DNA of 64,000 nucleotides from a virus (Duplodnaviria; Caudoviricetes): IMG/VR virus record IMGVR_UViG_2684622926_000002, positions 8,159 to 72,158 of that record; one strand, 5' to 3'. Shown piece by piece: positions 61,326 to 64,000 of this stretch (position 1 is its first letter; each line of letters starts with the position of its first letter). The notes under the pieces were generated by a model. It saw only the letters and a program-made list of their open reading frames with translations, ran no database searches and was not told where the DNA came from. The position numbers and the translations under genes were made by a program.

Positions 61326-61362
61326 ACAGTTTAAACTGTTTACTTTAAACAGTTTCATCTGT
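61326..61362. promoter_or_regulatory. OL: two operators ACAG-N6-CTGT
   Basis: acagtttaaactgt (61326) and acagtttcatctgt (61349), 23 bp apart, plus a half site at 61315. Confidence 0.85.
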
Positions 61363-61594
61363 ATAATCATTTCATCAAAACAAATCAACTCATCAAAAAC
61401 TGGCATGACTAGAAGTTTTCAATCCGGTGATATGATTTGTAGTAGAAATATATGAATATACTACAGTTTTGATAGCAAATCGGATGTACGAGGTAATCAC
61501 TCTCGGCCTTTCGAGAAGCTTGTTAAATATAAATCGTTTAGGAAACAGATTGCTAATAAGTATTCAAATCAAAAACTAGTATAAAAGTGGACTT

Positions 61595-61843
61595 TTGTTG
61601 AGTGGATTAATAACAACAGGTGAGACAACAGTTTCTACATCCATTTGTCGCAGTAATCGGGCTTTATTCGAGGTAATCATGACTAATAAGGATTTTGTCA
61701 AAATAAAAACTAAAGATAGGTTTCACAATGACTATCAACTAACTGATAGTGAAGTTAAGTTTGCCCTATTTTGTACCGCGATGGTTTTATTGAGTGTCAT
61801 ATTGGGCCTATTTTATATGACTTTATCGGTAACAACGAGGTGA
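61595..61843 (+). CDS. Early-left hypothetical protein with TM segment
   Basis: ORF downstream of PL; real start probably MTNKDF. Confidence 0.45.
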   Translation: MLSGLITTGETTVSTSICRSNRALFEVIMTNKDFVKIKTKDRFHNDYQLTDSEVKFALFCTAMVLLSVILGLFYMTLSVTTR

Positions 61844-61846
61844 TTT

Positions 61847-62119
61847 ATGTCGTTACAAAGAGCGGTAGAAAATCATTACCAAAGAGCATATTGCAAAATG
61901 ATGAATGATGCTGAAATGCAAGATGCTCGTGATAGTTGGATTGAAGATCGTGCAGAAGAGCTAATCAGAAATTTCGGTAATGACAATGATTGGCAAATTG
62001 TTGAACTACTAAAAATCAAGCTAGAAAGTAAAACTATTGATAATGATATCTATAACCAATTTATTGTTGATATCTGCTATTCACAGGCTAAGTATCAATT
62101 CGAGACTAACTACAAATGA
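61847..62119 (+). CDS. Early-left hypothetical phage protein
   Basis: 90-aa ORF with a plausible RBS (gaggtg). Confidence 0.65.
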   Translation: MSLQRAVENHYQRAYCKMMNDAEMQDARDSWIEDRAEELIRNFGNDNDWQIVELLKIKLESKTIDNDIYNQFIVDICYSQAKYQFETNYK

Positions 62120-62500
62120 GCACTGGCATTTATTACGCCATATCTCATAAAAATTATCACTACGGTAAAAACCTCAGCAAATCACAACTAGGTAGTATAA
62201 AAGGATGTCCTGACTCTAGCTGTAAGTAAATTACCCTGTTAATACCAATAAGATAACAATATAAAACTTAAGCTTGGATGTTGCTTGCTGATTATCAGAA
62301 ACCGATGAATTGCCAGAGGACTTTTCAGTTAGTCGATCAATAAATAGATTAATTAAAATGGCCAAAGAAAAATACACTGAAGTAGTCAATCACCTAGCAT
62401 TACAAAACAAATTTATAGAAAATCATAACATTAGTGAAACTAATTAACTTAGTCAAGATTAACAATCAACGCTCATAATGTACCCTATACACATAAGTTC
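62116..62500 (+). pseudogene. RecE-like (exonuclease VIII C-terminal) remnant
   Basis: MSTGIYYAISHKNYHYGKNLSKSQL resembles GIYYGISNEDYH..ISKSQLD; multiple stops. Confidence 0.6.
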
Positions 62501-63130
62501 GGAGCATATGGCAAAAATTCCATAATGATAATTAATCTGACATCAGCACTAGCAAGGCGAATATACAGAGATTTTAGCTACTATAGTGCAATGCTTGCTA
62601 TTAGATTTAGAATCCAATGTAACGCTAAACAAGTTTATTATCCTTTGGTCGTGATATATTTAAAGAAGGTAAATCAAACGTTCAATTGATTATTAGTTAT
62701 CGAGAGATGATTAACTTAGCCAGGCAATTAATTCGATTAAATAGTATATCAGTTAGAATGATCAGCAAGTGGCAATTTTCATTATCAATATGGCTTAACT
62801 CAAGATGTAAAACTCCAACCAAAAGCCGATGAGTTATCCTTAACTATTTTTGGTTTATGCGGTTGGACGATTTAAAATAAAGGTCTCCTATTTAGAATGA
62901 TAACATTGAATCACATTGAATCAATGCACAAGCAAACTAAGACTTGAGATAATAATCTACGCAAAACTCAGCGAAAAGAAATGACTAGAAAAAGTTAATA
63001 GAAAGCAATTTAAATATCAACCGGTTGTGGTAGCAATAGAAATACAACAATCGGTTATTTTCAATAAGAAAGCCGAAACTGAAATTGGCCAACATAATGC
63101 AATGATTTTAGATGCTACTTTTGTGTAGTT
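62500..63130 (+). pseudogene. recT: RecT-like recombinase remnant
   Basis: QCLLLDLE..QVYYP..VQLIISYREMINLARQ matches AQLGLEP..QAYLIP..VQLIIGYRGMIDLAR. Confidence 0.7.
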
Positions 63131-63289
63131 GCAACATAAAAAGAGAGTAACTTAGAGCAATTAATCCAATTACATTGATGGGTAATAATGAAAAGAAATA
63201 AAAAAATTAACTGTGATTTAGAATAGCAAAAATATAGTAAGCTTAAGTACGACTGTTATACAAAGATATAGGAATAGGCTAAAACTTCT

Positions 63290-63430
63290 TGTTTAAATTA
63301 TCGAATGATTGGAAATAAGGCGAAAGGATTCTTTCAATACATTAAGAAAGGTGACCAAATAACTGTTAACGCTGACAACATCAAGGAAGAAGGGAAAGTG
63401 ATATCGGTAAACGACTATAGCCTTCAATCA
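63290..63430 (+). pseudogene. Phage SSB remnant
   Basis: W.NKAKGFFQYIKKGDQITV resembles the WGKxAExxxxYLxKGxxVxV motif. Confidence 0.45.
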
Positions 63431-63556
63431 TAGTTGAGTAAATTCAGTTAGCGAAGAAATTTAAACAAAATAGACAAATAGAGCAACAATCACAATCTAA
63501 AATAACTGAATCATCAAAGAATTTTATGATGATATTTTAGAGTTACTAAAGAATTC

Positions 63557-64000
63557 TTATTTTAAATCATTTTTTAACATCGCTAAACATTCGTTATTGT
63601 CGATAGTAATAGAAAATAAATATTTACCATTTTCTTCACTATACATGTATTCAAAAATTGCACCTTGAGATATTACTTTTTTGGTGTCTTCTTTAGTACA
63701 AAGTTGATTTCTTATATTTATAAAAAGCCTTTTCTTATCAAAATCTAATTCTTTATCTTCGATATCAAGATTAACAATTGTCATTTTGTAAACTAACTTA
63801 TTTTTATGCGCAATAGTTGTATTTAAAATAGTGAACTGATCTAACGGATATGGAGTCTTTTTATTTATCTCTTTTGAAAGAGAAAGCAATCCATTTTCAA
63901 TGCCTCTTTTATTAAACAGATCAAATTGATCTACAAAAAAGAAAACGGCTACCGAAAAAATAATAACCGCTAACCAATATCTGATTTTTTCAAACTTCAT
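63557..64000 (-). CDS. Hypothetical exported/membrane-anchored protein (probably host flank)
   Basis: N-terminal TM; YPLDQFTILNTT..LVYK..GAIFEYMY. Confidence 0.7.
   Translation of the reverse strand: MKFEKIRYWLAVIIFSVAVFFFVDQFDLFNKRGIENGLLSLSKEINKKTPYPLDQFTILNTTIAHKNKLVYKMTIVNLDIEDKELDFDKKRLFINIRNQLCTKEDTKKVISQGAIFEYMYSEENGKYLFSITIDNNECLAMLKNDLK

Larger units (their letters stand above)
29280..63530. mobile_element. Lambdoid prophage-derived region, tail-only (no head genes, no integrase seen); candidate F-type tailocin locus
   Basis: Intact switch, replication, Q, lysis and tail genes; no terL, portal, capsid or connector ORFs; terS, recE, recT and ssb broken. Confidence 0.85.

Noticed and set aside
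1-64000. tRNA/rRNA genes, cas genes, reverse transcriptase, integrase/invertase, T6SS structural genes
   Set aside because: Looked for by eye and in the ORF track; none recognised in this window.

Overview
AT-rich bacterial window with two halves. The host looks like a gammaproteobacterium, possibly an Orbaceae/Gilliamella-like insect-gut symbiont; that is inference only. All family names below come from motif recognition by eye, not from searches. (1) 1-29.2 kb: the 5' part of a Sel1-repeat gene, a GNAT gene and IS3/IS5 debris, then a ~26 kb array of orphan Rhs toxin-tip/immunity cassettes, almost all on the minus strand, of Bacteroidetes-like style. Most toxin tips are broken while ~19 immunity-like ORFs are intact. 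The tips include RES, ADP-ribosyl-cyclase-like, TNT, SHH-HNH, Ntox24, URI2, NTase-like and ART-like domains. Cassettes are punctuated by a recurring terminator hairpin, a recurring small-ORF remnant and a repeated ~570 bp structured non-coding module. NADAR and DUF4291 pseudogenes are interspersed. (2) 29.3-63.5 kb: a lambdoid prophage-derived region. The cI/cro switch and operators, O/DnaB replication genes, Q, lysis cassette and the complete non-contractile tail module (V, G/T, H, M, L, K, I, J, fibre, tfa) are intact. Head genes are absent (only a terS pseudogene), recE/recT/ssb have decayed, and no integrase is seen, so it is a candidate inducible F-type tailocin. Its tail module carries a cas-less type I-E CRISPR mini-array (6 repeats, 5 spacers, leader) and an invertible tail-fibre tip with two or three alternatives. 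A segment bounded by ~900 bp direct repeats carries two depolymerase-like genes, and a HipA-like kinase operon sits at the rexAB position.
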